Source: Nemertoderma westbladi
Lineage: Eukaryota; Animalia; Xenacoelomorpha
Length of the DNA stretch: 64,000 nucleotides
Direction of reading: 5' to 3'
Assembly: GCA_032718475.1 (NCBI GenBank)
Contig: JAUCBJ010000358.1
Location: 1 to 64,000, forward strand
Shown: one piece after another, positions 1 to 11,105 of the stretch
How positions within the stretch are numbered: the first letter of the stretch is position 1
How the letters are laid out: each line of letters begins with the position of its first letter
Position numbers and translations under genes: made by a program
Notes under the pieces: model-generated
The model's database searches: none
What the model was told of the DNA's origin: nothing
What the model saw: the letters and a program-made list of their open reading frames with translations, nothing else

Positions 1-1986
1 GCTCTACACTTGAACTTAACTTATTATTGGCTTCGCCTAATTGAAGATACCGTATTTCTTTCCGAAATTTATACAGCAATTGTTATACACGACAGTAACA
101 TTAATTACATCTATTCACATTAATTTGACAAGTTTTTTAAAGCTGAATTACAGAATATTTATTTGACGGTAATGGGGGGGGGGGGGGGGGGGGGGGGTAA
201 TTCTTTTACAGCTTCGTGTGAATAAAAACAACAAAGTTTTACATCGCGGCATTTGATAAAGTATGTCTGTTTATTTTGTTACCGGACAACAACATGTTTT
301 CCCAGTCACCGTTTAAGAAAAACTAATTATAATTTAAATTGTAGTATTTACAGAGACCGGTACCGGCAACTGCAGGCAATAAAATAACCAGAACTTTTGA
401 AGGTTATGATTAATTTTCTAAAATTAAATGTAAATAATATTGTAATTTATAATTTTATGTGGATTTTCAATTGTCAGCTGAAATACAAGAGGGGTCTAAG
501 ATAATGTTGATCAAGTGTAAGGCATCCAACCCACCAACCAATTGTTTTCCAGAAATATTACCATTTCAGATAGTAATCTTTCATTTACATGTGGATACCT
601 TCATTCATGTTAAGTGAGTTTGAAACGATTCTGATTATTATAATTTATTATCGTTTCAATGTGTATTTGGCGTACACGGGAATATCCAAGGGTAATGAAA
701 TTATAACAGCTCTGTTGGGAAAAGCCTTTACCTCACCGGCCATTGGCGACCCTTGTGTAGTACTGTGTGCCCTGATTTCACTGTGGCGGAGAGGTTGGTT
801 ACTCTAATCTGTAGCATGCAGGTTTTGCAGCGGAACCCTTTTTATAAATATTTTTTTAAGAGATTTAACACCACATAATATAGTGGTCAAAATTTTCCGT
901 TGCATGACTTGTATTGTTATTGGTTGGCCTAAGCTTAATTTCGAACCACGCCTTTGGTTCGAGTTGTTATGCTTTGCCCCGATTGTGATCGAAGAGAGTG
1001 TTGACCCGTGAACCCCTGCTGGGTTCACATGGGTTGTTGATGTTAACCCTAAAGCTCTGGCCTAAATTGACCCTTTAGGATACTTTCGCATCATCGTTCG
1101 ATGCGGACCCAGTTCGATAGGTGGTGGGGAGGTGAGGCCTATTGAATTGGCTCCTATTGGTCGATTGGGCCACCTTCGGTCTCTCACAGTGAACAAAGCC
1201 ACTCAGCTTTCAAAACATGAGTACGGCTATTTATCCCTGTATATTGTGCATAATTAATTCATTGTGTGTATTTATTTTCTATATATTTATTTTTATATGA
1301 TAATAATAATAATATTGGTTTGTGCGTGTAATAATTATTTGTGTATCTTTATTATTATGATATTATTTTACTGGATTACTGGACCTCTATTTTAATAAAT
1401 CTGGCGATAAATTGCGGTTAATTGAATTATATTGCAATTAATGCAATTGGAGATGATTTGTACATTAATTATGTGGATCCAAGCAAGGGCAGTAGTGGAG
1501 TGGGGCGAACCACGAAGTTATTAAGCTTAGATAAGAGATACACTATTTAAACCTTGTTTCTGTCTGTCAGTCTCAGCTCACCTTAAGCCCCTGGTATCGA
1601 GAAATATATACATAAACTAAAAGTCCCATAGACGCAATGATAAAATAGCAGCTGGTGTTAATGAACCCCCCCCCCCCCCCCCCCTGTCTTATGAATATAT
1701 ATCTGTCTACTATAATAATACATTGGAATTATCAATCCCCCTTATTTAAAAAATAAAAAATTTTATAATAGTTTTTGTAAAAACACTAGCTACCATAAAA
1801 ATTTATTTTACTCTCGATATTTTTACTCTCGATATTTTTACTCTCCATATTTTTACTCGCGATATTCTTCAAGTCTAAATTTTTTTCACCAATACTAACA
1901 ACACCGACCTATACTAAGCTATAACAATGAAATACAGTGCTATACCGACGTATGCAATACAGAGTTATGCCGAACTACACATTAAT

Positions 1987-2592
1987 TTAGATCCTGGAAG
2001 CGAACTTAGATCCTGGAAGTGAACATCCCAGTTACGAACTTAGATCCGAAAGCAACGTGAACATAGATCCTGGAAGCGAACTTAGATCCTAGATATGAAC
2101 CTAGATCTTGGAAGCGAACTTAGATCCTAGATACGAACTTCGATCCGAAAGCAACGTGAACTGAACATAGATCATATATGTGAACTTAGATCCTGGAAGC
2201 GAACTTAGATCCTAGATGTGTACTTAGATCCTGGAAGCGAACTTAGATCCTAGATGTGTACTTAAATCCTGGAAGCGAACTTAGATCCTAGATGTGTACT
2301 TAAATCCTGGAAGCGAACTTAGATCCTAGATGTGTACTTAAATCCTGGAAGCGAACTTAGATCCTAGATGTGTACTTAAATCCTGGAAGCGAACTTAGAT
2401 CCTAGATGTGTACTTAAATCCTGGAAGCGAACTTGGATACTAGATATGAACTTAGATCTTGGAAGCAACACGATCTCTGATACTACTGTAGATGAGAACA
2501 TAGATCCTATACACGAACTTAAATCATAGATGCGACTACTGTAGATCCTGGAAACTAACTTAGATCCTAAGCACGAACTTAGATCCTGGAAA
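1987..2592. repeat. Tandem repeat, 38-bp unit (dimer of ~19-bp monomers) CTTAAATCCTGGAAGCGAACTTAGATCCTAGATGTGTA
   Basis: Directly visible periodicity, most perfect at 2190-2430. Confidence 0.9.
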
Positions 2593-2612
2593 TGACGTAC
2601 TGAATCATACTG

Positions 2613-3120
2613 ATCGAGCCGAATAGAACCGATCAAGCCGAGTCGAGCCCAATCATGCCGGACAGCCAAATCGAGCCGAGTCGAACCAGACTGAGCCGAG
2701 TCAAGCCCAATGAGTCGAGTCGAGCCCTATCAAGCCTAGTCGAGCCCAATTGAGCCGGACTGAGTCGAGTCGAGCCCAATCGAGCAGAGTCGAGCCAGAC
2801 TGAGCCGAGCCAAGCCCAATGAGTCGAGTCGAGCCCTATCAAGCCTAGTCGAGCCCAATTGAGCCGGACTGAGCTGAGTCGAGCCCAATCTAGCCGAGTT
2901 GAGCGCAATCATGCCAAATCGAGCAGAGTCGCGCCCAATCGAGCCGAGTCGAGCCCAATCGAGCCGAGTTGAGCAGATTGAGCCGAGTCGAGCCCAATTG
3001 AGCCAAGTCGAGCCGATTGAACCGAGCCGAGTCGAGCCCAATCGAGTCGAGTCGAGCCGTATATATCAAGCCAAATTGAGCCAGACTGAGTCGAGTCGAA
3101 CCCAGCCGATCGAGCCAATC
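2613..3120. repeat. Degenerate (GAGCC/GAGTC)n pentamer-based array
   Basis: Visible pentamer periodicity; explains the spurious SARLG/EPSRA ORFs. Confidence 0.9.
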
Positions 3121-4166
3121 GTTGTCTCTTTTATTTGAAATAAAAAGTCGGTTCCTTATCGGGCCGCTAGGCCCGTCACTAGTTAGGAACCGAGAGGTTC
3201 ATTACTGTAAGAATTGCTCGAGACTGGCTGGCTGGCTGACTGACTGACTGATCTACAGCCAAAACTACTCTAACGATTTTGATGAAATTTTCACAGCGGC
3301 TAGATACCGCGATTCTAAGGTCCCTGGTATGTTCCGCTATTTCGTCCATGAGCCGTGGGCTCGAAAAATAGACATAAACGAAAAAACGCCATAGGCGCAA
3401 TGATAAAAACACCAGCTGGCACTCATGAAAAATGCATAGAGATAGCCTAGTAATGCTATTCTATAGGAATGGCCACCTAACAAGGAAATGCTTTCTCTGC
3501 CAAGTATTATCCTCATTCTACAACTCAGACAGTAAGCAAACAAAAGCTGTGGGATTCTAATGTATTACATCATAAGCTGATTGCTCTCCCAATAGCCCTC
3601 ACACACTCACTGAATCCAATGAAATCGAATATCTATTAGCTTAATGCGAATAGCTGGTAAGCTGAATGCCATTTTAGTTATTGTGTACTGTTGATAGCAG
3701 AGTTGACTGCTATGTTGTATGTATTTAATTAAAATAATTTTCGTAGAGGGAAGTTAATTTGGGATTACTACTATCAGATGTAAGCAAAGCTGTTCAATGG
3801 GGTGGGTCATGGGACCCAAATATAGTACATTATGCATGGCAAACATTAATAAAATCATTCAGTCAACCTGGAGGGTATTTGCTTAGTTAACTCTACTGTG
3901 CGAAAAACGAATTTATAATGTTACCCATACTTCAGGTGAATGAATTTTTAGATATTTGTACTGAAGGCAACGATTTCTGATATAATTAAAATACATGACA
4001 GGGGCTTGTTTCGTTATATGTATTTGCGCCCTTCGAGCAGCACGTGAATTACATCAAATAATAGACACATTGTTTGACTTTGTCCCTTCGAGCAGCACGT
4101 GAGTTTTGCTTTTAACCCTTCGATATATGTATTTGCGCCCGTCGAGCAGCACGGGGAGTCGACTCA

Positions 4167-4357
4167 GACCGAGCCAAGCCGAGCCAAGCCGAGCTGAGCC
4201 AAGCCGAGCCGTGCCGAGCCGAGCCGAGCCGAGCAGAGCCGTGCCGAGCCGAGCCGAGCCGAGCCGTGCCGAGCCAGGCCAGGCCAAGCCAAGCCGAGCC
4301 GAGCCGAGCCGAGCCGAGCCGAGCCGAGCCGAGCCGAGCCGAGCCGAGCCGAGCAGA
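4167..4357. repeat. (GAGCC)n microsatellite
   Basis: Near-perfect pentamer run. Confidence 0.95.
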
Positions 4358-4365
4358 GAGCAGCA

Positions 4366-6378
4366 GGCTCATTCCATGAAAAGGTCAACCTCCCCACTAA
4401 TTTCTAAAAATGAGATGTAGCTTTGAATTTATACTTATTTTAGGTCAAAATTTATCGCACTTCATGAATTCAGTGCTAAAATTGTATCAACACAGGTGGT
4501 TTATCAAAAATAGTCGAATTACAAATTATGCACCGGCTCTGCACAAAATGTGAATAAAAGTGTGCAAAAGTTTCGTTTCCTGTAGGCACTTCCTATGACC
4601 AATAAATTAACATTTCTGAGCATGTACCAAATCAAAAACAAACCCATTTTTGAATTTTTTTGGTTTCAATTAATTTCACCAGTGTTTCATTCCTCTATAA
4701 TGAAATCGATAAAGTTAATCTTGTGATGTCCCATACTTTACCTAAAATAGTGAAATTTTTAGTTTATTCACAGAGATGTAACTCAGCCTAATAACCCAGT
4801 GGAATGCAAAGCACGTTTGTGTTGCGTCATCGTATAAAACAATTAGTTTCATCTTTACTCCCTCAGAAATATCATGACAGCCAATTTAAAATTGTCCCAT
4901 ACTTTACCATTAAAATGGCGATTATATTAGTGCACTGTATTAATGTAATATGTGAAGCCAGGAGTGGTATAATACTCTAAGGTCATAGTCGGCCGTAAGA
5001 ATATGAGTCTATATTTGAACTGAGAATCATTCCTCAGTCAAGAAATCTTTGGGTTTATGCATGTAAAGTCCCATACTTTACCAAAAAATAGTGAAATTTT
5101 TAATTTATACACAGAGAAGTAGTCTAACTCAGCCCAATCACCCAGTGGAATGCAAAGCACGTTTGTGTTGCGTCATCTTAAGAAACAATTACCTGTAGTT
5201 TCATAATCTACTCCCTCAGAAACATCATGACGGCCAATTGAAAATTGTCCCATACTTTACCATTATAATGGCGATTACATTAGTGCACTGTATTAATGTA
5301 ATATATAAAACCTGGAGGGCAGGAGTGTTATAATGCTTTAGGGTGATAGTAGGGGGAAGCATAGAAGTATATATTTGAACTAAGAATCATTCCTCAGTTA
5401 ACTAATCTTTGAGTTTAAGCATGTAAAGTCCCGTACTTTACAACAAATTTCAAAAAATTTAGTTTTTTAGCAGATAAGAAGATCGGTAAGTACAGTAATT
5501 GATACATTTTCAGAGAAATGGAAATAATTTCTAAACATTTTACAGACTACATGTGTACCAAGTTTGGTTATATTTCATTAATGATTGGCGGACTTATTTC
5601 GGTTTTTATCAAAATTTTGAAACTATCGGTACCAACAGACAGACTGTCTGATATGTGACCTTCGATTCCTTAAACTTCAGATTCTTTCCAAACTATAGAC
5701 AGAATTCATACGTACCAGGTTTGGTTTAATTTCATCTAAAAATGACCGAGTTATACAGTATTCGGGATCAAAATTTAGACAGATGACATACAACTCCTCA
5801 ATGGCACCCATATGATAAGACTTCGGGTTAATTTGTGGGCCGCCCCACATTTTGTAACCATATCTTGGTTGGAAATACTTAGTTGCACTTTATTATCACT
5901 AATTATCCAGAAATTACTGTTAGGTTAAGTGTAAGAGACCATTTTGACCATGAAATTCGTACAGGTCCCGTACTTTACTTAGCAATGTCCCATACTTTAC
6001 CACACAAACCACACTGTAAAAAATTAGCAATGCAGCAATTCGTCTTATATTTATATTTTTATTTAAGCTTAATAATACAGCTTTATCCTAAACATCAACT
6101 CAACACCGTACCTGCGCACAATTCGCTAAATTTTAGAATTGAAATCATAAAATAAAAAAAACCATTTCGTACGAATCCGTACTTTACCTTAATTGGACAA
6201 GCTGGTGTTTTCTCAAAAGTGACTAAGTCCCGCCATAAGCTTCGCGAAATCAAAACTGATATTCGAAAGTTTAATCCAAGCACAATTTTGTGCACATATG
6301 TGCTGTGGATAACATTGTACAGGAAATCAAAGTTCAAAATTGTGTACGAATGTCCCGTACTTTACTTTGGAATGAGCC
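4366..6378. mobile_element. Non-autonomous TIR DNA transposon (~2.0 kb), superfamily unassigned, nested in HINE copy 2
   Basis: TIR GGCTCATTCCA (4366-4376) / TGGAATGAGCC (6368-6378); 4-bp TSD AGCA (4362-4365, 6379-6382); about 9 internal GTCCCRTACTTTAC-like motifs; ~340-bp internal tandem duplication (4728-5067 vs 5068-5427). Confidence 0.75.
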
Positions 6379-6506
6379 AGCACGTGAATTACATCAAATA
6401 ATAGACACATTGTTTGACTTTGTCCCTTCGAGCAGCATGTGAGTTTTGCTTTGACCCTTCGATATATGTATTTGCGCCCTTCGAGCAGCACGGGGAGTCG
6501 ACTCAG

Positions 6507-7238
6507 ACCGAGCCAAGCCGAGCCAAGCCGAGCCGAGCCAAGCCGAGCCGAGCCGTGCCGAGCCGAGCCGAGCCGAGCAGAGCCGTGCCGAGCCGAGCCG
6601 AGCCGAGCCGAGCCGTGCCGAGCCGAGCCAGGCCAAGCCGAGCCGAGCCGAGCCGAGCCGAGCCGAGCCGAGCCGAGCCGAGCCGAGCCGAGCCGAGCCG
6701 AGCCGAGCCGAGCCGAGCAGAGCCGTGCCGAGCCGAGCCGAGCCGAGCCGTGCCGAGCCGAGCCAGGCCGAGCCGAGCCGAGCCGAGCCGAGCCGAGCCG
6801 AGCCGAGCCGAGCCGAGCCGAGCCGAGCCGAGCCGAGCCGAGCCGAGCCGAGCCGAGCCGAGCAGAGCCGAGCCGAGCCGAGCCGAGCCGAGCCGAGCCG
6901 AGCCGAGCCGAGCCGAGCCGAGCCGAGCCGAGCCGAGCCGAGCCGAGCCGAGCCAGGCCAGGCCAAGCCAAGCCAAGCCGAGCCGAGCCAGGCCGAGCCA
7001 AGCTGAGCCGAGCCGAGCCGAGCCGAGCCGAGCCGAGCCGAGCCGAGCCGAGCCGAGCCGAGCCGAGCCGAGCCGAGCCGAGCCGAGCCAAGCCGAGCCG
7101 AGCTGAGCCGAACCGAGCCGAGCTGAGCCGAACCGAGCCGAGCTGAGCTGAGCCAAGCCGAGCCTAATCGAGCCAAACCGAGCCAATCAAGCCAAGTCGA
7201 ACTTAATCGTGCCCAATCGTGCAAGACCGAGCCGAGCT
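6507..7238. repeat. Long (GAGCC)n microsatellite (~730 bp)
   Basis: Near-perfect pentamer run. Confidence 0.95.
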
Positions 7239-7889
7239 CGTTGTCTCTTTTATTTGAAATAAAAAGTCGGTTCCTTATCGGGCCGCTAGGCCCGTCACTA
7301 GTATTGGGTTGGATTTGTTAGTATATAAACTGATATTCTGGGTAGCATTTCTTCAGTAGTCTACGGAACCCCAGCCAAGTAGAAGGATGTTTTTTATTAT
7401 TATTATTATTTTAGCGACATAGTTCGGGCAATTTATATTGCGGTTGATTTTGTGATTATTATTAGGCCTTAATTATTTATATTATATTTACTATATTGTC
7501 ATAACATTTTAACTGATTGTAACATCGTATTGTAAACCATGATAACCTTAAGTTGTAGAAGAAGTGTATGCAAGGCCTTCTACAGTTCTACTGTTCTAGT
7601 AGGCCTTGGTACTGTCTGACTGTGGTACTGCAGTACTGTCAGATTGCAGACTATGGACTATACCAGTAATGCAGTATACTGGTATACTGCAGTACTGAGT
7701 ACACCCGAGTATACAGACCACAGAATACAAGTGTTATGAGTTAGAGTAAGGCCTACTTCAGTACTTACATCAGAACACAGTACTTCAATACTTCCTACCA
7801 GCTGACCAGTTGAGTTAGGGGATCAGACCAGCCATTATTAGGTCCGTCTCTGGTCTCCTTTGCAGCTTTGTTCTGACAAACCGTCTCCC

Positions 7890-8876
7890 ATGTCCGGGAT
7901 GTTGCAGCCTTATCGTACAGCAGTGGTATACCAGCGATGTGGCTTGGGAACATCCAGCAAGAGTTTTCCCACCTTTCAAAGTAAAACATCTGTAGACGCC
8001 TACGGTGTGCCATCATCAGTGACATCTAATTCGGCGCAGTATTGTGCCGATTTAGTTCGGAAATACGACCACGACAACTATTTATGTATCGCCTTGTACC
8101 CCAAATTATTACAGAGAACGGCGTTCGCTCTTAGCGCTCTGAACTGCGAACTAGCTAGGATTCCAGATGTGGTTAGTTCCATTGATATCGGACTGTTTCG
8201 CTACCAGTTTTGGCGGGATAGTGTTACGTCAGCGCTCGGTGGCTCGCCTCCAGCCAATCCTACATGCTTGGAATTATATAGAATGAGAGAATCTGTAGCC
8301 CTAAACAACTACTGGGTAAATAGATCTATAGATGCCAGAGTTCAACTTCTGCGGAATAAAGTCTTCCAAACTACTGTAGAATTGGAAAAGTATGGTGAGG
8401 AAACCTCGTCTTGTTTACTGTATTCCTTAGCAACCGGATTAGGATTGCAGTCCGTGGAAGTAGACCACTGCTTGAGTCACCTCGGTAAGGCTATCTCCTT
8501 GACGACATTAATTCGGGCTATACCTAGCAACGCGCGACAACGGCGGTGTTATATCCCCATGACAACGCTAGCGTCATCAGGACTCTCTGAGGAGGATTTA
8601 TTTAGAGGTTCTACTGATTCCTCACAGCTCGACGCCACTTACGAGCTGGCCTGCTCAGCTCGCAGTCATATAATTAAGGCTAAAACAATGCGACTCGAGT
8701 TACCAAAGTCTCAGAGTTCATTATTGTATCCGATTTTCTTGCGAACTGTTTGTCTCCAATCTTATTTGTCACAACTGGAAAAGTATAATTTTAATATATT
8801 TGAAACCAAATTACAACGTAAAAACGGTTTGTTGCCGTTAATTCTTGTGACTAAGAACGCGCTTGGTAGGCTGTGA
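7890..8876 (+). CDS. NDUFAF6: NADH dehydrogenase (ubiquinone) complex I assembly factor 6 (squalene/phytoene synthase fold), intronless, 328 aa
   Basis: Motifs YCADLVRKYDHDNYLC, ALNCELARIPD, RYQFWRD, LEKYGEETSS, HLGKA...LIRAIP, YLSQLEKYNFNIF. First ATG at 7890, after the acceptor-like TCTCCTTTGCAG (AG 7864-7865). Confidence 0.9.
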   Translation: MSGMLQPYRTAVVYQRCGLGTSSKSFPTFQSKTSVDAYGVPSSVTSNSAQYCADLVRKYDHDNYLCIALYPKLLQRTAFALSALNCELARIPDVVSSIDIGLFRYQFWRDSVTSALGGSPPANPTCLELYRMRESVALNNYWVNRSIDARVQLLRNKVFQTTVELEKYGEETSSCLLYSLATGLGLQSVEVDHCLSHLGKAISLTTLIRAIPSNARQRRCYIPMTTLASSGLSEEDLFRGSTDSSQLDATYELACSARSHIIKAKTMRLELPKSQSSLLYPIFLRTVCLQSYLSQLEKYNFNIFETKLQRKNGLLPLILVTKNALGRL

Positions 8877-9942
8877 AATTTTACTGGCTCTATAGATCTC
8901 AGTAGATTGTAATTTAGTATACTTACTACACAGTAGTCTTGTAGTAGTTATCTGGGTAATAAACTACTATATGCGCCACTATCTGATAGATAGATGTAAA
9001 AACCATGTAAAACATTAATTACGAGTTTGTAATGTAAATCGTTAATTACGAAATTACAATTTCACGTTAATTTCATGTCATTCATAATAATAAATGGTGG
9101 GTTTACATTGTGGAGTTGCGATTTTGTTAGTCACTTTAAGTGTCTATCTTTTATGAATATTCATAATTCATATGAATTTTGTTTATGTTTTAATTTATGT
9201 AAAGCAAAATCCATTGACATTCAATTACACATCACATGGTTGAATTAGTACCGACAAGACAAGACAAGCATTCGATAATAATTAATAACAAATAAAAAAT
9301 TCCGCGATTCCTAAATTGTACACTACCCGGTTAGAAAGAACGCTTTTTGTGATGGGATTAGACCTGCAGTCCTACTCCTACATGCGCCAATAAAAAGTTA
9401 TTTTCCGTAAAATAAACTTTTGAACGCTAGGTTAATACCCCTAGAACAGTTCATAATAACAAAAAGTATAATAATAGTAATAAACACATCGAAAATACAG
9501 CTTGCCAATGCCAACGCTCTGCTACTATAATTAATAATAATACAAGATATGTAGTAGGTAGGCTAACTAAAACAATTGCTGCAATTAATACATCTAATGT
9601 CTTAATAATATGACTCGACTCACATTGTTGGTTTACTTATACTATATAGGCATTAGTTTTTATTTAGTTATTTTAAAAAGTAAATAAATTGATTAGTAAA
9701 CCAAACAGTTTTGCTTGGTTTTCTTTTCGTTTTGGTTTTCATTTACAACTATATAGGCCTAATTTCTTTCTAATTTCTATAATTTGACTATTTTAATTTG
9801 ATATTAGGCAAATTGAGTATACGTCAACGTCATTAGTTTATTGATATTTATTTTCTGTATTCTGAGTTGTTTATTATAATATACTATAAGCGGAACGCAT
9901 CTTATAATAAAAGTCAAGAAGCTATTAAATTAATTAATTAAT

Positions 9943-10809
9943 ATGCACAAATACGAGAAACTCGAAAAAATCGGAGAGGGCACTTATGGGACGGTTTTTA
10001 AGGCGAAAAACAAGGAGACCCACGAGATAGTGGCGCTAAAACGGGTTCGTTTGGACGAGGAGGATGAGGGTGTACCGAGTTCGGCACTGCGAGAGATCTG
10101 TTTACTGAAGGAGTTGAAACACCGGAACATTGTGCGTCTACACGATGTGCTACACAGCGACCGCAAACTCACCATAGTATTCGAGTACTGCGACCAGGAC
10201 TTAAAGAAATACTTTGACTCTTGTAATGGACATATAGACCCGGACATTGTCAAGTCCTACATGTATCAACTACTCCAGGGGTTAAACTACTGCCACACGC
10301 GGAATATTCTGCATCGCGATTTAAAACCCCAGAATCTTTTAATTAATAAAAACGGCGAATTAAAACTCGCGGATTTCGGTTTAGCTCGCGCTTTCGGGAT
10401 CCCAGTTCGTTGTTTCTCCGCCGAAGTCGTCACCCTTTGGTACCGACCACCAGACGTTCTGTTTGGCGCTAAACTCTACACGACCAGCATCGATATGTGG
10501 TCTGCCGGTTGTATTTTCGCCGAGATCGCCAACTCCGGACGGCCGTTGTTCCCGGGTTCCGATGTCGACGATGAACTCCGACGGATCTTTAAACTCCTCG
10601 GGACCCCCACCGAGGAGGTTTGGCAAGGAATAGCGAAACTCCCCGACTACAAACCCTTCCCGGTCTATCCCACTCTGTATAACTGGCCGAACACGGTCGT
10701 TCCCTCGCTGAACTCTAGAGGCCGAGACCTCCTCCAGTGTTTACTCGTATGTAACCCAGCCGGTCGACTTAGTTCAGAAGATTCTCTCTCACATTCTTAT
10801 TTTGACTAG
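9943..10809 (+). CDS. CDK5: Cyclin-dependent kinase 5, intronless, 288 aa
   Basis: GEGTYG, diagnostic [39 protein letters not shown]. Confidence 0.97.
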   Translation: MHKYEKLEKIGEGTYGTVFKAKNKETHEIVALKRVRLDEEDEGVPSSALREICLLKELKHRNIVRLHDVLHSDRKLTIVFEYCDQDLKKYFDSCNGHIDPDIVKSYMYQLLQGLNYCHTRNILHRDLKPQNLLINKNGELKLADFGLARAFGIPVRCFSAEVVTLWYRPPDVLFGAKLYTTSIDMWSAGCIFAEIANSGRPLFPGSDVDDELRRIFKLLGTPTEEVWQGIAKLPDYKPFPVYPTLYNWPNTVVPSLNSRGRDLLQCLLVCNPAGRLSSEDSLSHSYFD

Positions 10810-10884
10810 TTTGTTTGTTCCCCTAGATCTTGCTTGTGCAGTTTGAGGATATATCATGTTTTAGATTTGAGCAACGCATTTAAA

Positions 10885-11105
10885 TTTGTTTGGGTGAGAA
10901 TCCAATCTTTGCGAATTAACATCCCGTCTCAATGTTAAATTATCAATTAAGGGAAGGGACCAGGTTACAGTGGCACGTTATTCTAACCAAAACAATAAAC
11001 GAACCACAATAGAACAGCAGGTTACATCTTTAGGAGTAATCAGCTGCTATTTACATCGAATTTCCCCTGGAGAGGGATGCAATTTTTGTCCCCCCTATCT
11101 GAATT
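10885..11105 (-). mobile_element. MITE family A copy (~230 bp)
   Basis: Reverse complement of 23360-23540 (shared CAGGTTACAGTGGCAC, AACCAAAACAATAAAC, GAATTTCCCCTGGAGAGGGATG). Confidence 0.65.

Larger units (their letters stand above)
1500..3182 (+). mobile_element. Non-autonomous Helentron/Helitron2-type element (HINE-like), copy 1; 5' boundary approximate
   Basis: 3' end is AAGTCGGTTCC (subTIR), then hairpin CGGGCC-gcta-GGCCCG (3160-3175) and CTAG (3179-3182). The last ~62 bp are identical to 7240-7301. Segment 1620-1665 resembles 3384-3428 of copy 2. Confidence 0.6.
3183..7301 (+). mobile_element. Non-autonomous Helentron/Helitron2-type element (HINE-like), copy 2, head-to-tail with copy 1
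   Basis: 5' TTAGGAACCGAGAGGTTC: subTIR GGAACCGA is complementary to the 3' TCGGTTCC and overlaps the hairpin GAACC-gaga-GGTTC. A (CTGG/CTGA)n microsatellite lies at ~3223-3250. The 3' hairpin is at 7279-7294 and CTAG at 7298-7301, followed by T. Confidence 0.7.

Noticed and set aside
174-197. Poly-G/poly-C runs as G-quadruplex signals
   Set aside because: Many such runs in the window are parts of MITE TIRs or simple homopolymers; no independent support.
735-770. U2 snRNA-like CGGCC..TGGC..GTGTAGTA.CTGT
   Set aside because: Similarity is short; no stem IIa, Sm site or 3' stems follow.
1040-1220. Telomerase RNA (TAACCCTAA template-like at ~1044-1052, ACA near 1215)
   Set aside because: No U-rich pseudoknot or box H (ANANNA) found, and the putative template overlaps a stem.
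6327-7224. Long SARLG/EPSRA ORFs (also 2633-3138 and 4054-4420)
   Set aside because: Translations of (GAGCC)n microsatellites that are open in several frames; not genes.
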